The translations under genes and the position numbers were made by a program. DNA of 64,000 bases from Anaerolineales bacterium (lineage in GTDB: Bacteria; Chloroflexota; Anaerolineae; JAAEKA01), in contig DAOUBX010000204.1 of NCBI GenBank assembly GCA_034432445.1, forward strand, positions 2,143 to 66,142, read 5' to 3'. Of this stretch, positions 17,332-30,051 are shown one piece after another. The notes under the pieces are model-generated. The model searched no databases and had not been told where the DNA came from. It worked only from the letters and a program-made list of their open reading frames with translations. The first letter of the stretch is position 1; each line of letters starts with the position of its first letter.

Positions 17332-19557
17332 CTAAGCGCGCGACCGACGCTCTTCCCAAAACGCCTGCAACGCAACGAAGGGCAGCGCCGGCGTTACATC
17401 CCCTTTGCGCCCGCTGTTCCAGGTGATGATCAGCTCGCGCTTGGCGCGCGTGATGCCGACATAGAGCAGGCGCAGGCGCTCACGCACGTAGTCCAACCGC
17501 GCCTGTTCGGTGGCCTCCCCCTCCACATACCGATCCCGCTTTCCGGCAACCGTGTCCAGCTGCGCCAGCGCTTCAGCCTCCAAGTTGAGGCTGTCACGCA
17601 CGTACCACTTTTCGCTGATGTAGTGGTCGAAGGCCTGCCCCGAGGGGAAGTCGTAGCTGTTGGCCGACATCAGATAAACACGATCCCACTCCAATCCCTT
17701 GGCTTTGTGCATGGTAGCAACGACCACCTTGCCCTTGTACTTCTCGGGGTTGAAGCCCAGATCATCGTCGCTGAAGCCTAAAAAGCGTCGTTGGTTGTTG
17801 GCGATCACCAGCAGCTCGGCGTTGAGCTGCGGCAGCCGCCAATCGGGGTGGGCATCGCTGGCTTGGCGCAGCAAGACCGCCAGCTTGTGCGCCATGGCCA
17901 GATCGGCCGGGGCCGTAAACAGGTCCTGCGCCAAGGTCAACACCGCCTGGTCGATGGGCAGCAAGATGGCCCCTTGCCAGCGCTGGACCAGGCTACGAAA
18001 CTGCTCCAACGAGGCGCGACTGTCGTCATCTAGCTCCTGCTCTGCCAGCCAGTCGTGGTAGGGCCGCGGCCAGAGGTACTCCTCGACCTGCCGGCAACGC
18101 TTCAGCAGGCTAGCCAACGCCTCGACACGCTCCCACGCCTCTGGATCCTCACGCTCGCCGCGGCGCCAAACGCGATAGGCGGTAGCCAACCGGCCGGCCG
18201 ACGCCGGTTCGGCCAGGCACTTCAACACGTTGACCAACGAGCCCGTGGCCAGGCGCGTTGCAGCTGCGCTGCGCAGCAGGCTGTCCACCACCTCTAGCTC
18301 GCGACGTCGCAGCTCATCGACAAGCTCGAAGCCGCGCGTGTTGCGCGGCACGAGCACAGCCACCGTCAGATCCTGATGCGCCGGCAGCCAGCGTGCCAGC
18401 GAATCGGCCACCGCCTTCAGCTCTGCGGCTGGGGTATACTTCGTCGCTACCAGGTGAATGGCTGCGGGATCGTCGGGCGGGTTAGGCTGGGGATCGTCGG
18501 GCTCGGTGGGCAGGATGTAAGGCGGGGTAAGCGCTCGCCGCGCCTCCGGCCGCGGGTGCTCGTGGATAGTCCACGCCATGAGGTGGTTGGCCAGGTCGAT
18601 GATGCTCTGCGTAGAACGGCCGGAATGGGGCAACTCGCGGCGCACGACACCTTTCTCCACCAGAAAGTCAAGCAGAAACTGCGGACTGGCCGCGGTGAAG
18701 GTCTCGTAGATAGCCTGGTTAGGGTCGCCGACGCGCACCCAGTTGCCCTCGGCGCCGACCAACAAGCGCAAGATCTGCTCCTGCAAGCGGCTGCTGTCCT
18801 GCGCCTCGTCTTCCAAGATGTAGGGCCAGCGTTGACGCAGCCGCGCCAGCAACTGATCATCGAGGGTCAAAGCTCGCAGCGCCAGACGGATCAAGTCGTC
18901 GAAGTCCACCGCGCCGCGGTAAGCCAGCGCACGTTGGTAGTCGGCGTACACGGCGCCGGCCATAGCCGCCAGGGGCAGCGGCGCATGCAGTGCGGCCAAA
19001 TGTTCGCCCAGGGCTTCCGGGGTCAACTGGTTGTCCTTGGCGTAGCGGACAGCGCTCAGCGCAATCTCCTTCACCAGCTCCGGCAACACATCGCGGCGCA
19101 CCCAATCTAGGCGCTTGGGCTCGAGCGCCTGGTCGAGGAAGTCGTCCAAGGCGCCAGGATGGCCCTTTAGCCAGGCGCCGGCCACATCGTTGCGAATCTC
19201 ATCGGCTAGGTGCTCGTCGACGATCTGAAAATCGTCGGCCAGGCCCACCAGCGCTGGACGCTCGCGCACGATGTCGTGCGCCAGGCCATGCAGCGTGCGC
19301 ACACGATAACCCAGGTAGGGCAGCAGCCCGCGGCGCTTCACCAAAGCGCCGATGCGCTCGGCAAAGTTGTCTACGGCCGAGTTGACCAGGGTAACCACCA
19401 ACACTTCTTGGTCGTTGGCCAGCTCGCCGCGCGCGATGATCTGCGCCGCCAGCAAGGAGAGCGTCAAGGTCTTGCCGCTGCCGGGCACAGCCGAGATGCC
19501 CATCTTGCCGTGGGTGTAGGTGAGGATGTCGGCCTGGCTGGGTCGTGGCTGGAACAT
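17332..19557 (-). CDS. UvrD/Rep/PcrA-family SF1 DNA helicase
   Basis: 741 aa. Motif I AVPGSGKTLTL, motif II ILEDEAQDSS, plus further helicase motifs. Gene symbol not assignable. Confidence 0.8.
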   Translation of the reverse strand: MFQPRPSQADILTYTHGKMGISAVPGSGKTLTLSLLAAQIIARGELANDQEVLVVTLVNSAVDNFAERIGALVKRRGLLPYLGYRVRTLHGLAHDIVRERPALVGLADDFQIVDEHLADEIRNDVAGAWLKGHPGALDDFLDQALEPKRLDWVRRDVLPELVKEIALSAVRYAKDNQLTPEALGEHLAALHAPLPLAAMAGAVYADYQRALAYRGAVDFDDLIRLALRALTLDDQLLARLRQRWPYILEDEAQDSSRLQEQILRLLVGAEGNWVRVGDPNQAIYETFTAASPQFLLDFLVEKGVVRRELPHSGRSTQSIIDLANHLMAWTIHEHPRPEARRALTPPYILPTEPDDPQPNPPDDPAAIHLVATKYTPAAELKAVADSLARWLPAHQDLTVAVLVPRNTRGFELVDELRRRELEVVDSLLRSAAATRLATGSLVNVLKCLAEPASAGRLATAYRVWRRGEREDPEAWERVEALASLLKRCRQVEEYLWPRPYHDWLAEQELDDDSRASLEQFRSLVQRWQGAILLPIDQAVLTLAQDLFTAPADLAMAHKLAVLLRQASDAHPDWRLPQLNAELLVIANNQRRFLGFSDDDLGFNPEKYKGKVVVATMHKAKGLEWDRVYLMSANSYDFPSGQAFDHYISEKWYVRDSLNLEAEALAQLDTVAGKRDRYVEGEATEQARLDYVRERLRLLYVGITRAKRELIITWNSGRKGDVTPALPFVALQAFWEERRSRA

Positions 19558-19704
19558 GATAGGATCGGCGAATTGTGTTAACTGCCTAGCGAAGCTTCGC
19601 CTCGCACCGACAAGTCACTCGGACGCAGATGAAGGCGTATGAGGGCTGACTGTTCCTTTAGCCTGCCGCAATGTCCGCATTCATCGGCGTCCTAACTCTT
19701 GCCT

Positions 19705-19756
19705 GTCTGCAAGGAATTTGGGCCGGCAAGGATTTCAGGTGTCCGGCACCTATAGC
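19705..19756. repeat. Partial MITE/REP-like element, 3' half (copy G)
   Basis: ...CAGGTGTCCGGCACCTATAGCTGG matches the 3' TIR region of the family. Confidence 0.4.
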
Positions 19757-19786
19757 TGGCCAAACAAACCTTAAAAATGACCCAAG

Positions 19787-21982
19787 TCATCGTTGAGGCG
19801 CTTCCGCGGTGGACGGCAGTCGCTGCAACAGGTTGTGCAAAGCTAGCAGGAGCGGGCCGCGCAGCTCGAAGCCCTGCTCGTTGAGCTCGCTGAGGCCCAG
19901 GTAGACGCCTTGTCGGCAGCGACGCAACAGGCCCACAATCAGCCGCCGCAAGCGCTCCTGGTTGGCCGCAAACTCCTCGTTGTCGGTCCAAAGCTGCCCC
20001 TCCGACCACTGTCGGCTGAGCACGTAGGGATGGGTCAACGGTTGCAGCAGACGCTCGAACCAACCGCGGCCGCCGACGTCCAGCCAAAACTGGTAGCTCA
20101 CCGGCCGGTTGCTCAGCAGGAAGGTGTGCGCTGGCGCCAAGAGCACGGCGTTCTCGCGCTCAGCAGCGGCTTGCTTCCAACTGCGCACGTACTGGGCCGC
20201 AATCACGCCGTCGCGCACCATCGCCACGTACTCGCGGCCGAGCTGCCAAGCCGCGTCCACAAAAGCAAACGCTTCCTCGGCTACCCAGCGGAACTTCTGC
20301 GCCGACTCGACCAACATTGCTGCGACCTCGGCGGCGTCGTAGTTGTTGTGGAAGCCGTAGCCGGGTTGCGACAAGATCTCACCGAAAAGCCGGGCCAGAA
20401 AGTGATCGAGTTTGTCCTGCGGCCTTTGCGCTGCGTCCGTCAGCCAAATGCGCAGCCCCTCGTAGCGGCCACCCAACACATAGGTGATGCGCTCGTGCAT
20501 GTCGGGGATGATCTGGTCGAAGGGCACCAGCGCGGGCGCCCCGTCTTTGAAGCGGTAGACGATCTCGGCCAGCAGCTGTGCGCGCACCAGGTCCATGTCG
20601 GCAATGGCCTGCATCAGCGTATAGGCGAAGTCGTACTTGGTCGGGTGCATGCCCCACTGCGGATGCGCCAAGGCGGCCAAGGTGAGCAAGCAGTCGCTGG
20701 CCGCTTGGTCGCGCAGGGCGCGCGAGGGACGGTGCGAGCGCGCGGGCACGTCCAGCCGCTCCAGCCGGTTCATCAACGAAAAACGCAGCGCGTCGGACAG
20801 AAAAGGCGCCAGCACCACGATCTCGCGCGGGGGCACGCCGGCCTGGTGCACCAGGGTAGCCACCTCTGTCGCCACCCAGTCCAGCATCTGAGGATAGTAG
20901 CGTTGATACTCGAAGGTTATGACCTCCCGCACAACGGGGTCAGGCGTCAAGCCGCGCGGCAGGGCGTTGTGCGTAATCACGACGCCGAGTTGGTCGCCGA
21001 GCGTCTGCAGTGCTGGCGAGGACACCAAGGTGCCGGCAAAGGCGATTTGCTCCGTACATAGCCCGCCGAGCAGCTGGCCGCTTTGCGGATCAGCGCCCAG
21101 AAACTGGCGATAGCCGGCGTCGTGGTCGTAGACCAACAGCGCCGAGGCGAAGTGCGGCAGCCACTCGCGCACCAGATCGTGCGCAAAGGGAGTGTCCTCC
21201 TCGACGTTGTCGTAGATCAGGTGGTGGTAGGTGGTGGTCAGGTGGCGGCGGCACTCGACCAGCGGCCACACAAAGCGCCGGAAGACCTCGACTTGCAAGG
21301 AAAAATCCAGCAGGTTGTGCGCCAGGCAGTGCTGCCGAAACAAGGTGGCGCAGCGTTGGGCGTCGGCGAAGACGTTGACCTGCGCCGGCTCGCCCATGGC
21401 CGCAGCCTGCAAGCGCTGACCGATCTCCGTGTGTGGAAAGCCGACCACAGCCGCCTTGTTGAGGTTGTCGATGATCTGGCTGTAGAGGCGGTTGCGGTCG
21501 ATGGTCAACGATTTGAACAGCCCTTCCTGCTCCAACAAGGGCCTGACCAGCCGCGCCATGGTGTACTGGGCCGTTTCCAGGGTCAGGAACACAGGCGGCC
21601 GATCAGGCTGGGCAAAGCCGGCCTGTTCGGCGACCAGCGGCCAGAACAGATCCACCATGCGCTGCGCCAGGCCGCCGGCGGTGAGCACAGAGACGGCCAG
21701 GCCGCCGCGCGGCTTATGGCTGCGCAACGCGTCGCTGTAGGGCGCGGCCAGCGTGCGTTGCGGCAATAGGACCAGGATGGCACTAGGGGGGACGCCCCTC
21801 TGGAGCAGATGCAACAGCCGTTGGACAGCCGCTGTGGTCTTGCCCGCGCCCGCAGGGCCGTGCAGAAAAAGCTTGGCGTCAAGAGCTGCTTGGGCAACGG
21901 CAAGCTGCTCAGCGCCTAAGGGGAGACGCGGAACGAACGGCGGCGACCCGCGCGTTGCGCGCAGGAAGGGTTGGGTGGTCAT
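19787..21982 (-). CDS. UvrD-like helicase/AAA ATPase family protein (second SF1 helicase-like gene)
   Basis: 731 aa. Walker A LHGPAGAGKTT, Walker B-like IYDNVEED. The 5' end overlaps the upstream O-antigen ligase/TPR gene stop as ATGA. Paired with the helicase at 17332-19557 in an AddAB-like pair layout; a nuclease domain is not evident. Confidence 0.65.
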   Translation of the reverse strand: MTTQPFLRATRGSPPFVPRLPLGAEQLAVAQAALDAKLFLHGPAGAGKTTAAVQRLLHLLQRGVPPSAILVLLPQRTLAAPYSDALRSHKPRGGLAVSVLTAGGLAQRMVDLFWPLVAEQAGFAQPDRPPVFLTLETAQYTMARLVRPLLEQEGLFKSLTIDRNRLYSQIIDNLNKAAVVGFPHTEIGQRLQAAAMGEPAQVNVFADAQRCATLFRQHCLAHNLLDFSLQVEVFRRFVWPLVECRRHLTTTYHHLIYDNVEEDTPFAHDLVREWLPHFASALLVYDHDAGYRQFLGADPQSGQLLGGLCTEQIAFAGTLVSSPALQTLGDQLGVVITHNALPRGLTPDPVVREVITFEYQRYYPQMLDWVATEVATLVHQAGVPPREIVVLAPFLSDALRFSLMNRLERLDVPARSHRPSRALRDQAASDCLLTLAALAHPQWGMHPTKYDFAYTLMQAIADMDLVRAQLLAEIVYRFKDGAPALVPFDQIIPDMHERITYVLGGRYEGLRIWLTDAAQRPQDKLDHFLARLFGEILSQPGYGFHNNYDAAEVAAMLVESAQKFRWVAEEAFAFVDAAWQLGREYVAMVRDGVIAAQYVRSWKQAAAERENAVLLAPAHTFLLSNRPVSYQFWLDVGGRGWFERLLQPLTHPYVLSRQWSEGQLWTDNEEFAANQERLRRLIVGLLRRCRQGVYLGLSELNEQGFELRGPLLLALHNLLQRLPSTAEAPQR

Positions 21983-23730
21983 GGCGCAGTTCCGGTTGCG
22001 AGCAGGGCCCGGGCGCGGCGAATGCCCTCAGCGCGCTGGGGCTCGCCAATGCTGTCGTACCAGTATTCCCGACCCATCAGCACCGCTCGCGCCAGCCAAT
22101 CCTCTTCCCACCACAGTCTGGAACTTGTGGTGCGCCACAAGTTCGCCGCCTCGGCCACCTGGCCGGCAATGGCGTAGCTCTCTCCCAGTAAGTAACGATT
22201 GACCTGGCGCTCAGGCGCCCCCCGATAAGCTGTCTCCAGACGTCGACGAGCAGCGTCATACAGACCTTGCGACATCTCGATCTGACCCAGGCGGCGGTTG
22301 GCGCTGGGTTGCTGGGGGTCGATGGCCAACGCCGCCTGATAGCGCGCGATCGCAGGCGCCAGATCAACCTGGGGTGAGCGACGCAGCGCATCCTGGATCG
22401 GCCACTCCGGCCAGGTGTAGACACCTAACTCGGCGCGCGTCTGCGCCACGGCGCCCAGGTTGGTCTGCAGAGCAGCTTGGCCGGGCCGCAAAAAGAGCAC
22501 CGCAGCCATCGACGCGGTTATCAGGAGGACCAATATGGCCACCAGGGTCGCGGGGGAAAAGCGAGACGCAACGCCGCGCGCCTGGGCTGAGCGCGGTCGC
22601 CCTGTGAGGCCCAGCGCGAAACCCAAGGGCAGGAAGGTTATGGACACCAAACTTGAGTAATAGGGCACCGAGTCGAACACACCATGCACCAGCAAGGCTG
22701 TCAGAGAGGCTGTTGCACCGGCGATCAGCCATAGGTTGCCGCGGCGGCGATAGGCGACAATCAAATTGGCAAGCGCTAACGCCAGGAGAACGAGAAAGGA
22801 CGCCATGCCGGGGATGCCCTGTTCGACGCCAATCTGCAGGGGGAGGTTGTGCATGTGGCTGATGAAGCCAACGTGGATGATCAGCTGATAGGAAGCATGC
22901 ACCATCATGGTAGCGCCTAGACCGCTACCTGTGAAGGGATAGTCGGCGATGAGGTCGCGAGCCCAGCGCCAGAGCTGCGGACGGCTGGCCGTCGATTGGT
23001 CGATCAACAGCGGGCGACTGAGGAGGAATGCCGTCCCCAGGACTGCCCCCAGGACGAAGACAACGAACAACGCATCACCGGCAACACGCCAACGCTGTGT
23101 CAGGCGATCTTGCCGACGCCAAGCCAAGAAGCCGGCCACCACGGCGCCAACGCCGACACCCAGCAGCGCGCCGCGCGACATTGTGAGCACAAGGGTGAAG
23201 GCGCTGAGCAGGACTGCCAGGAGCGCGGGCCAGGCCAAGAGTCGAAAGCGCCGGCGGTACAGACACCATCCCACGCTGCCGGCGGCCAGGGGCATGGTGA
23301 GGCCCAGCGCGCTGCCCGCGACGTTGCGGTGGATATCCTCCGGCACAGGCAGCTGAGGCCGGTGCGCCTGAAGCCACAGTCCGAGACGGTAGAACAGGTC
23401 AAAACCTGCCTTGCTTTCGCCCAGCGCCTGCCAATCGAAAGTGAGGATGAAATAGGCCGCCACACCGGCCGCGATCAGTGCGCAGCCCAAACCGAACAAA
23501 GCCAGCGCCGGCTCGCCGCCCAACTGTCCTAGCCAGGCAATGAGCAACGCAGCCACCACACCTGCGGCGATAAGGGCAAAGCGCTGCCAGGCTGCGTCGC
23601 GGTCGTAGGCGGCCCACACGCCCAGCAGCGCCGTGAGCAGATAAATCACCCCCAGCAGCGTGCCTAAGGCCAGGATGCTGGGGGTGCGAGCGGGCGTCGC
23701 AGCAGAGGGAGCGGGATCGTGACTCGCCAT
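21979..23730 (-). CDS. O-antigen ligase (Wzy_C)-family membrane protein with C-terminal TPR repeats
   Basis: 583 aa, about 10-12 TM segments with a Wzy_C-like periplasmic loop. The C-terminal roughly 200 aa carry TPR-like repeats. Confidence 0.65.
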   Translation of the reverse strand: MASHDPAPSAATPARTPSILALGTLLGVIYLLTALLGVWAAYDRDAAWQRFALIAAGVVAALLIAWLGQLGGEPALALFGLGCALIAAGVAAYFILTFDWQALGESKAGFDLFYRLGLWLQAHRPQLPVPEDIHRNVAGSALGLTMPLAAGSVGWCLYRRRFRLLAWPALLAVLLSAFTLVLTMSRGALLGVGVGAVVAGFLAWRRQDRLTQRWRVAGDALFVVFVLGAVLGTAFLLSRPLLIDQSTASRPQLWRWARDLIADYPFTGSGLGATMMVHASYQLIIHVGFISHMHNLPLQIGVEQGIPGMASFLVLLALALANLIVAYRRRGNLWLIAGATASLTALLVHGVFDSVPYYSSLVSITFLPLGFALGLTGRPRSAQARGVASRFSPATLVAILVLLITASMAAVLFLRPGQAALQTNLGAVAQTRAELGVYTWPEWPIQDALRRSPQVDLAPAIARYQAALAIDPQQPSANRRLGQIEMSQGLYDAARRRLETAYRGAPERQVNRYLLGESYAIAGQVAEAANLWRTTSSRLWWEEDWLARAVLMGREYWYDSIGEPQRAEGIRRARALLATGTAP

Positions 23731-23746
23731 GACGAAGAAGACGCCT

Positions 23747-25639
<1,893 letters not shown>

Positions 25640-25650
25640 CTCGTAACTGC

Positions 25651-25740
25651 TTAGGTGGCGGACACTCGTGAGCGATGCCTAGCCCACGTTGGCTGTGCAG
25701 ACACGTTCGCAAACCTCACTCCAAGTGTCCGCACCTATGG
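25651..25740. repeat. MITE/REP-like element, variant subfamily (copy E), TIR AGGTGGCGGACAC / GTGTCCGCACCTA
   Basis: Inverted termini and internal TGCAGACACGTTCGCAAAC core shared with copy D at about 50600. Confidence 0.55.
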
Positions 25741-25776
25741 CTGAGAACTTACTCCAAGTCGTTGTTTACAGAGGCC

Positions 25777-26982
25777 TCAGACACGTTTGCCGTTCAAATC
25801 GTCTGCGGCCAGCGCGTCGCGCCGGCTCAGTTCTTCCAACACGCGCATCAATACCCACGACACTAGGAACTGCAACCCGGTCAGACAGAACATGGCGCTG
25901 AGCAAGTACCAAAACCACATGCGGCTGGCGGGCCCGCCGTTGAGCGCCCCGATCAGGCTAAAAGCGGCCACTGCCAGCCCCAGCAGGCCTAACACGATCC
26001 CCATCCAGCCGAAGTGGCGGTCCAGCGGCGGGTCGAAGATGGGCTTGCCGAACAGCCCTTGCTTCACCGGACGGCGATGGAACAGCGCCACCAGGTAGTT
26101 GAAGGTGGCGCCTAAGTTGAAGAGGCTGATGCCGGTCACGGCGAGCACCACCATGGCGAAGACGCCGAAAGCGCCCAACGGCCCTAGGGACGTGATGCCC
26201 AGTAGCCGTGCCAGGAAGACGCCCAAGGCAATCGCGGCGGCGACCGCCGCCGCGGCCAGCCCTATCCCGCCCAAGATGCGCACCGGGTTGTAGTTCAGTG
26301 CGGTCCAGGTGATGGTTTGCAGGTAGCGTGTGCCATCGCGCACCACGCTCAACTTGGAGCGGCCCAACCGCTCATGGTAGGGGATCGGCACCTCCACCAT
26401 GCGCACCTCCTCATGCAGGGCGCGGGTGGTCATGATAGGCGTGAAGTTCAGCCCGTCAGGCAGCGGGTAGAGTTTCTCGAGGACCTCGCGCCGCATGACG
26501 CGCATGCCGCTGGCGCTGTCGGTGATGCGTTGGCGGCTGATCAAGCTGATCATTCCGGCGAACAGGGTGTTGCCAAGGCGACGAGTCAGGGGCATGTGAC
26601 TTTCGGCGCCGGCCATGCGCGAGCCGACTACGATGTGGATGCCATCGCGCAACAGCACCTGGCATAGCTGCGGAAAGTGCTCCGGCGGGTAGGTGCCATC
26701 GGCGTCGAGAAACGCCAGCAGCTCGCCGTGGGCTGCGCGAAAGCCGGTCTTCAGTGCGGCGCCATAGCCGCGGTTGACCGGGTGCTGCACGAGTGTCGCA
26801 CCCGGCGTGCTGCGCACGATCTCGGCGGTGCGGTCGCGCGAGCCATCGTCTACCACAATCAACTCCAGATCGTCCACGCCTGCTTCCGACAACTGCGGCT
26901 TGACCGCCAACACGCGGTGCATGATGTCAGCAATGCCATCTTCTTCATTCAGAGCCGGAATGACGACAGACAGTGTAGTCAT
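25777..26982 (-). CDS. Family 2 glycosyltransferase (DPM1/GtrB-like) with C-terminal TM helices
   Basis: Start at [17 protein letters not shown], preceded by GGAGG RBS. DxD = VDDGSRD, ...FLDADG. Four C-terminal TM helices. Confidence 0.85.
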   Translation of the reverse strand: MTTLSVVIPALNEEDGIADIMHRVLAVKPQLSEAGVDDLELIVVDDGSRDRTAEIVRSTPGATLVQHPVNRGYGAALKTGFRAAHGELLAFLDADGTYPPEHFPQLCQVLLRDGIHIVVGSRMAGAESHMPLTRRLGNTLFAGMISLISRQRITDSASGMRVMRREVLEKLYPLPDGLNFTPIMTTRALHEEVRMVEVPIPYHERLGRSKLSVVRDGTRYLQTITWTALNYNPVRILGGIGLAAAAVAAAIALGVFLARLLGITSLGPLGAFGVFAMVVLAVTGISLFNLGATFNYLVALFHRRPVKQGLFGKPIFDPPLDRHFGWMGIVLGLLGLAVAAFSLIGALNGGPASRMWFWYLLSAMFCLTGLQFLVSWVLMRVLEELSRRDALAADDLNGKRV

Positions 26983-27046
26983 CAACTTCCTCCTTGCCTC
27001 ACCCAACTGGCTGAGCTCGCAGGCTGAGCGCAGAGCACGTGCGAGT

Positions 27047-27868
27047 TCAGCGGATTGACTTGAGCACCCGCGCCGGCACGCCGCCCACCACGGTGTACGC
27101 CGGCACGTCTGCCGTCACAACGGCGCCCGCTGCCACGACCGCGCCTTGGCCGATGTGCACGCCATCGGTGATGATGGCCCCGGCGCCGATCCACACATCG
27201 TCGGCAATCACAATGCCTTCGGCCGTAATCCCTTGATCCACCATGGGCCGGCCGGGATCAGCGAAGTTGTGGTTGACGGCCAGGACCTGCACCAGCGGCG
27301 CCGTGTACACCCGATCGCCGATCGTGATGCCGCCCTGGCCGCGCAGCACGTTGTACTCGCCGATCAAGCTATCGCGCCCGATTTTGATGAAAGCATGGGG
27401 CAGGTCGCGAAAGTTGTAGACATGCAACACTGCGCCATGCATCACGAAGCTACCGTCGCCGATGGCGATTCCGCCAGGGGTCGCATGGAGATACACGCCC
27501 TGATCCAGGTAGACGCCCGCGCCCAAGCGAATTTGGCTGGCATAGCGCAAGCGCACGCCGTTCTCAATGGCCGCCACGCCCTCCATGTGCAAGATCAAGC
27601 GATACAGAACCGCTCGCAACGCAATCCCCACGACGGTGGGTATCCAGCCGGCCAGCACCAGAATCAGTTGCTCCCAGGCATAGCGCCATGGACTGGCTGC
27701 CTGCCGTTGCACATACAGGCTCAGGTTTGCCAGCGCGCCGCCGCTGGCGCGCATCTGCCCTGCCGGTTGCTGAGAGGTGATCGGATGTTTGGCCATGCAC
27801 TCCCAGTGTTTCCGCGTCAGTCGGCCGAAGAAATGGTGCGGCGCAGCCAATCCTAGCTTGCGCTCCAT
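27047..27868 (-). CDS. Hexapeptide-repeat (left-handed beta-helix) acetyltransferase, WcaF/NeuD-like, with N-terminal TM segment
   Basis: Repeated [LIV]GxxxxIxxxxxIG hexapeptide pattern (IGDGSFV..., [13 protein letters not shown]..., IGDRVY..., [25 protein letters not shown]). Confidence 0.75.
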   Translation of the reverse strand: MERKLGLAAPHHFFGRLTRKHWECMAKHPITSQQPAGQMRASGGALANLSLYVQRQAASPWRYAWEQLILVLAGWIPTVVGIALRAVLYRLILHMEGVAAIENGVRLRYASQIRLGAGVYLDQGVYLHATPGGIAIGDGSFVMHGAVLHVYNFRDLPHAFIKIGRDSLIGEYNVLRGQGGITIGDRVYTAPLVQVLAVNHNFADPGRPMVDQGITAEGIVIADDVWIGAGAIITDGVHIGQGAVVAAGAVVTADVPAYTVVGGVPARVLKSIR

Positions 27869-27970
27869 GGCTGCGCCGTGATTTTAGACGGAAGGAAGAG
27901 GTTTGTCAAGACGCTGAGTGGCCCGGCCTTCATCCCGGACCTCTCCTGGAGGGAGAGGGGGGAAGGGAGG

Positions 27971-29968
27971 TCACTGGCTCACCAGCGCATACTCGAACTC
28001 GCCGACACGGTTGGAATTGGCAGAGACAGCGCCGCAGCTTTTGGCTGCGCGCACCAGATAGGTGGCGTTGGCGCCGGAGTCGCCCAGCACAGGATCGGTG
28101 AAGCTGGTGCCGGTTACTGCTTCACAGCCGGCCTCGAGCGTGCAACTGGCGTCCGGCGCCGGGGCGAAGTAGGGCGCGTCCAGCGCTTTCCACACCTGAT
28201 ACTGATCGGCGGCGCTGACTGCGCTCCAGGTCAGGACAATGGTGTTGCCAAGACCTGCGGCGATGCTCAGGTCGGCGACAGCGTCAGGCGCTTGGCAGGG
28301 AGCAGCCTCCACGGTCAGAAAAACGGCGCTGAACGCGCCCCAGTTGTTGGCCGCATCGCGGCCGCGCACGAAGAGGATGTGGCGGCCCGCGCTCAGACCG
28401 GTGGTGTCTACTGCGGCGGTCACGTTCTCTACGGTGCTGTTGAAGGTGCCGTCGGTTGCGGCCATGGGCAGCGGTGTCCCGCCTTGCCACGGCGGCGTGT
28501 CCACGTAGTACTCGGCTGCGGCGATGGACTGCGTTGGCTCGGCGCCGTTCATGTTGTTGTAGCGGGTGTCGTTGATCACCGCTGTCAGGTTCACCGGCGT
28601 GCCGGCGGTCACAGGGCTGGCAGACACGGCCACGTTGAGTGCGTCGGGGCCGGCCGGGGTCAGGTAAGGCGTGCGCGCCACCTTGGCCGCGTAGATCAAG
28701 GCCGGCATGTTGGCGGGCACGATGGTGTTCTCGAAGGTGCTGCACTGCTCGAAGAAGGCCGTGCCTAGTTCGAAAGTGTAGGCCGCCAGACCCAGCTCGC
28801 CGTAGGCGAAATCGTCGGTGGTGCCATCAGTAGGGTAGAGGTCGATGGCCTGTTGCGGCTCGTAGCCGTTGAAGTAAGCGAATTTGCGGCCCAGGGTCTG
28901 CAGGGCTGTGCCGTTGGGCGCAACGGTGCTGGTGAAGCCCCACGGCCACAGCACCAGTTGGCTGTAGCTGTGGATGTCCAGGTACACGCCCGTGGCGTCG
29001 GCGGGCGCAGCCGCGTTGAGGTCAGGCAAGCGCTGATCGGGGAACTGGGCCAGCATGTAATTCTGGATAGCCTGCGTCTCCGGCTCGGAGGCAGGGCTGG
29101 GGCCGCGGTAGGTCAAGTCGCACTGGAACGAGCTTGATCCGCCGCAGCAGCCCCACTGGAAGGAGAAGTTGCGGTTGAGGTCGGCTCCGCGGTTGTTGCT
29201 GTTTGGCCCACAGTAGTTCTCATTCGTGTTCTTGCGCCACGACTTACCGGCCTCGGCTTCTTTGCGGCCATCGGGGTTGGCGTGCAGCATCAGATGGATC
29301 TCGTGGTGATCCAACAACCAGGTGGCGTCGGGATCCCCGTTGTAGTTGTTCACCAGGTACTCGGCGAAGCGGGTGGTGAGCTCGGCCGGCGTGTACTCGC
29401 GTGCGTGAATCGAGGCCGTGATGAACAGCTTGGGCTTAGAGCCGGCAATAGCCGAGTTGGTGAGCTTGAGCACTAACATGTCATAGCCATCAGGCTGGCC
29501 GACACTTTTCTCCCACGAATCGCCGACGTCAGTCCAAGTGGCCAGGGTCGGATGAGCGGTCACAATGGCTTGCGCCGCAGCGTAGGTTTCCTCGACGGTG
29601 CGATAACAGGGGTAGCCGGGAATGCCGTTGACCTGGCTGGGCAACGCCTTGTTCGGTGTGTTCAGTTGGGCGGTCAACGCGTCGTCGATCTCCAGACGAT
29701 ACCCAAGCTGCTCCAGATAGGCATAGGTGTAGGCGTCCATGGCGATCACCACGTAGCCGCCCTCTTTGTTGCGCTCCCAGATGTCGTAGCGCGCCAGGTC
29801 TCTGAGTTGGGCGACATTCTCGTAGTACACGTGTACCACCAGGTTATCGGGGACGATGGGGTCGTCGAGCGCCTCTAAGCCGTAAGCGACGGGGACCGGC
29901 GCCAGCAGCAGGGCGATCAGCAGGCAGGCCAAAGCAAGGGTGAGCCAGGAGTAAAGTCTTGAGATCAT
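27971..29968 (-). CDS. Secreted M14-family zinc carboxypeptidase with C-terminal FN3-like domain
   Basis: Signal peptide. M14 motifs SIHAREYTPAE, ...LDIHSYSQLVLWPWG. C-terminal roughly 100 aa are homologous to the C-terminus of the adjacent S8 peptidase. Confidence 0.8.
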   Translation of the reverse strand: MISRLYSWLTLALACLLIALLLAPVPVAYGLEALDDPIVPDNLVVHVYYENVAQLRDLARYDIWERNKEGGYVVIAMDAYTYAYLEQLGYRLEIDDALTAQLNTPNKALPSQVNGIPGYPCYRTVEETYAAAQAIVTAHPTLATWTDVGDSWEKSVGQPDGYDMLVLKLTNSAIAGSKPKLFITASIHAREYTPAELTTRFAEYLVNNYNGDPDATWLLDHHEIHLMLHANPDGRKEAEAGKSWRKNTNENYCGPNSNNRGADLNRNFSFQWGCCGGSSSFQCDLTYRGPSPASEPETQAIQNYMLAQFPDQRLPDLNAAAPADATGVYLDIHSYSQLVLWPWGFTSTVAPNGTALQTLGRKFAYFNGYEPQQAIDLYPTDGTTDDFAYGELGLAAYTFELGTAFFEQCSTFENTIVPANMPALIYAAKVARTPYLTPAGPDALNVAVSASPVTAGTPVNLTAVINDTRYNNMNGAEPTQSIAAAEYYVDTPPWQGGTPLPMAATDGTFNSTVENVTAAVDTTGLSAGRHILFVRGRDAANNWGAFSAVFLTVEAAPCQAPDAVADLSIAAGLGNTIVLTWSAVSAADQYQVWKALDAPYFAPAPDASCTLEAGCEAVTGTSFTDPVLGDSGANATYLVRAAKSCGAVSANSNRVGEFEYALVSQ

Positions 29969-30051
29969 CGAGGGGGTCTCCTAGGGGTAAGCGGTGAAGA
30001 GTTGCTAACTTGCCGAAAAGTTGGCAACTCTCCGGTCGGCTATCGCACCTC

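Noticed and set aside
19910-21769. Two long plus-strand ORFs (383 aa and 228 aa) opposite the second UvrD-like helicase gene
   Set aside because: They are shadow ORFs created by GC-rich codon bias of the minus-strand gene. No domain motifs.
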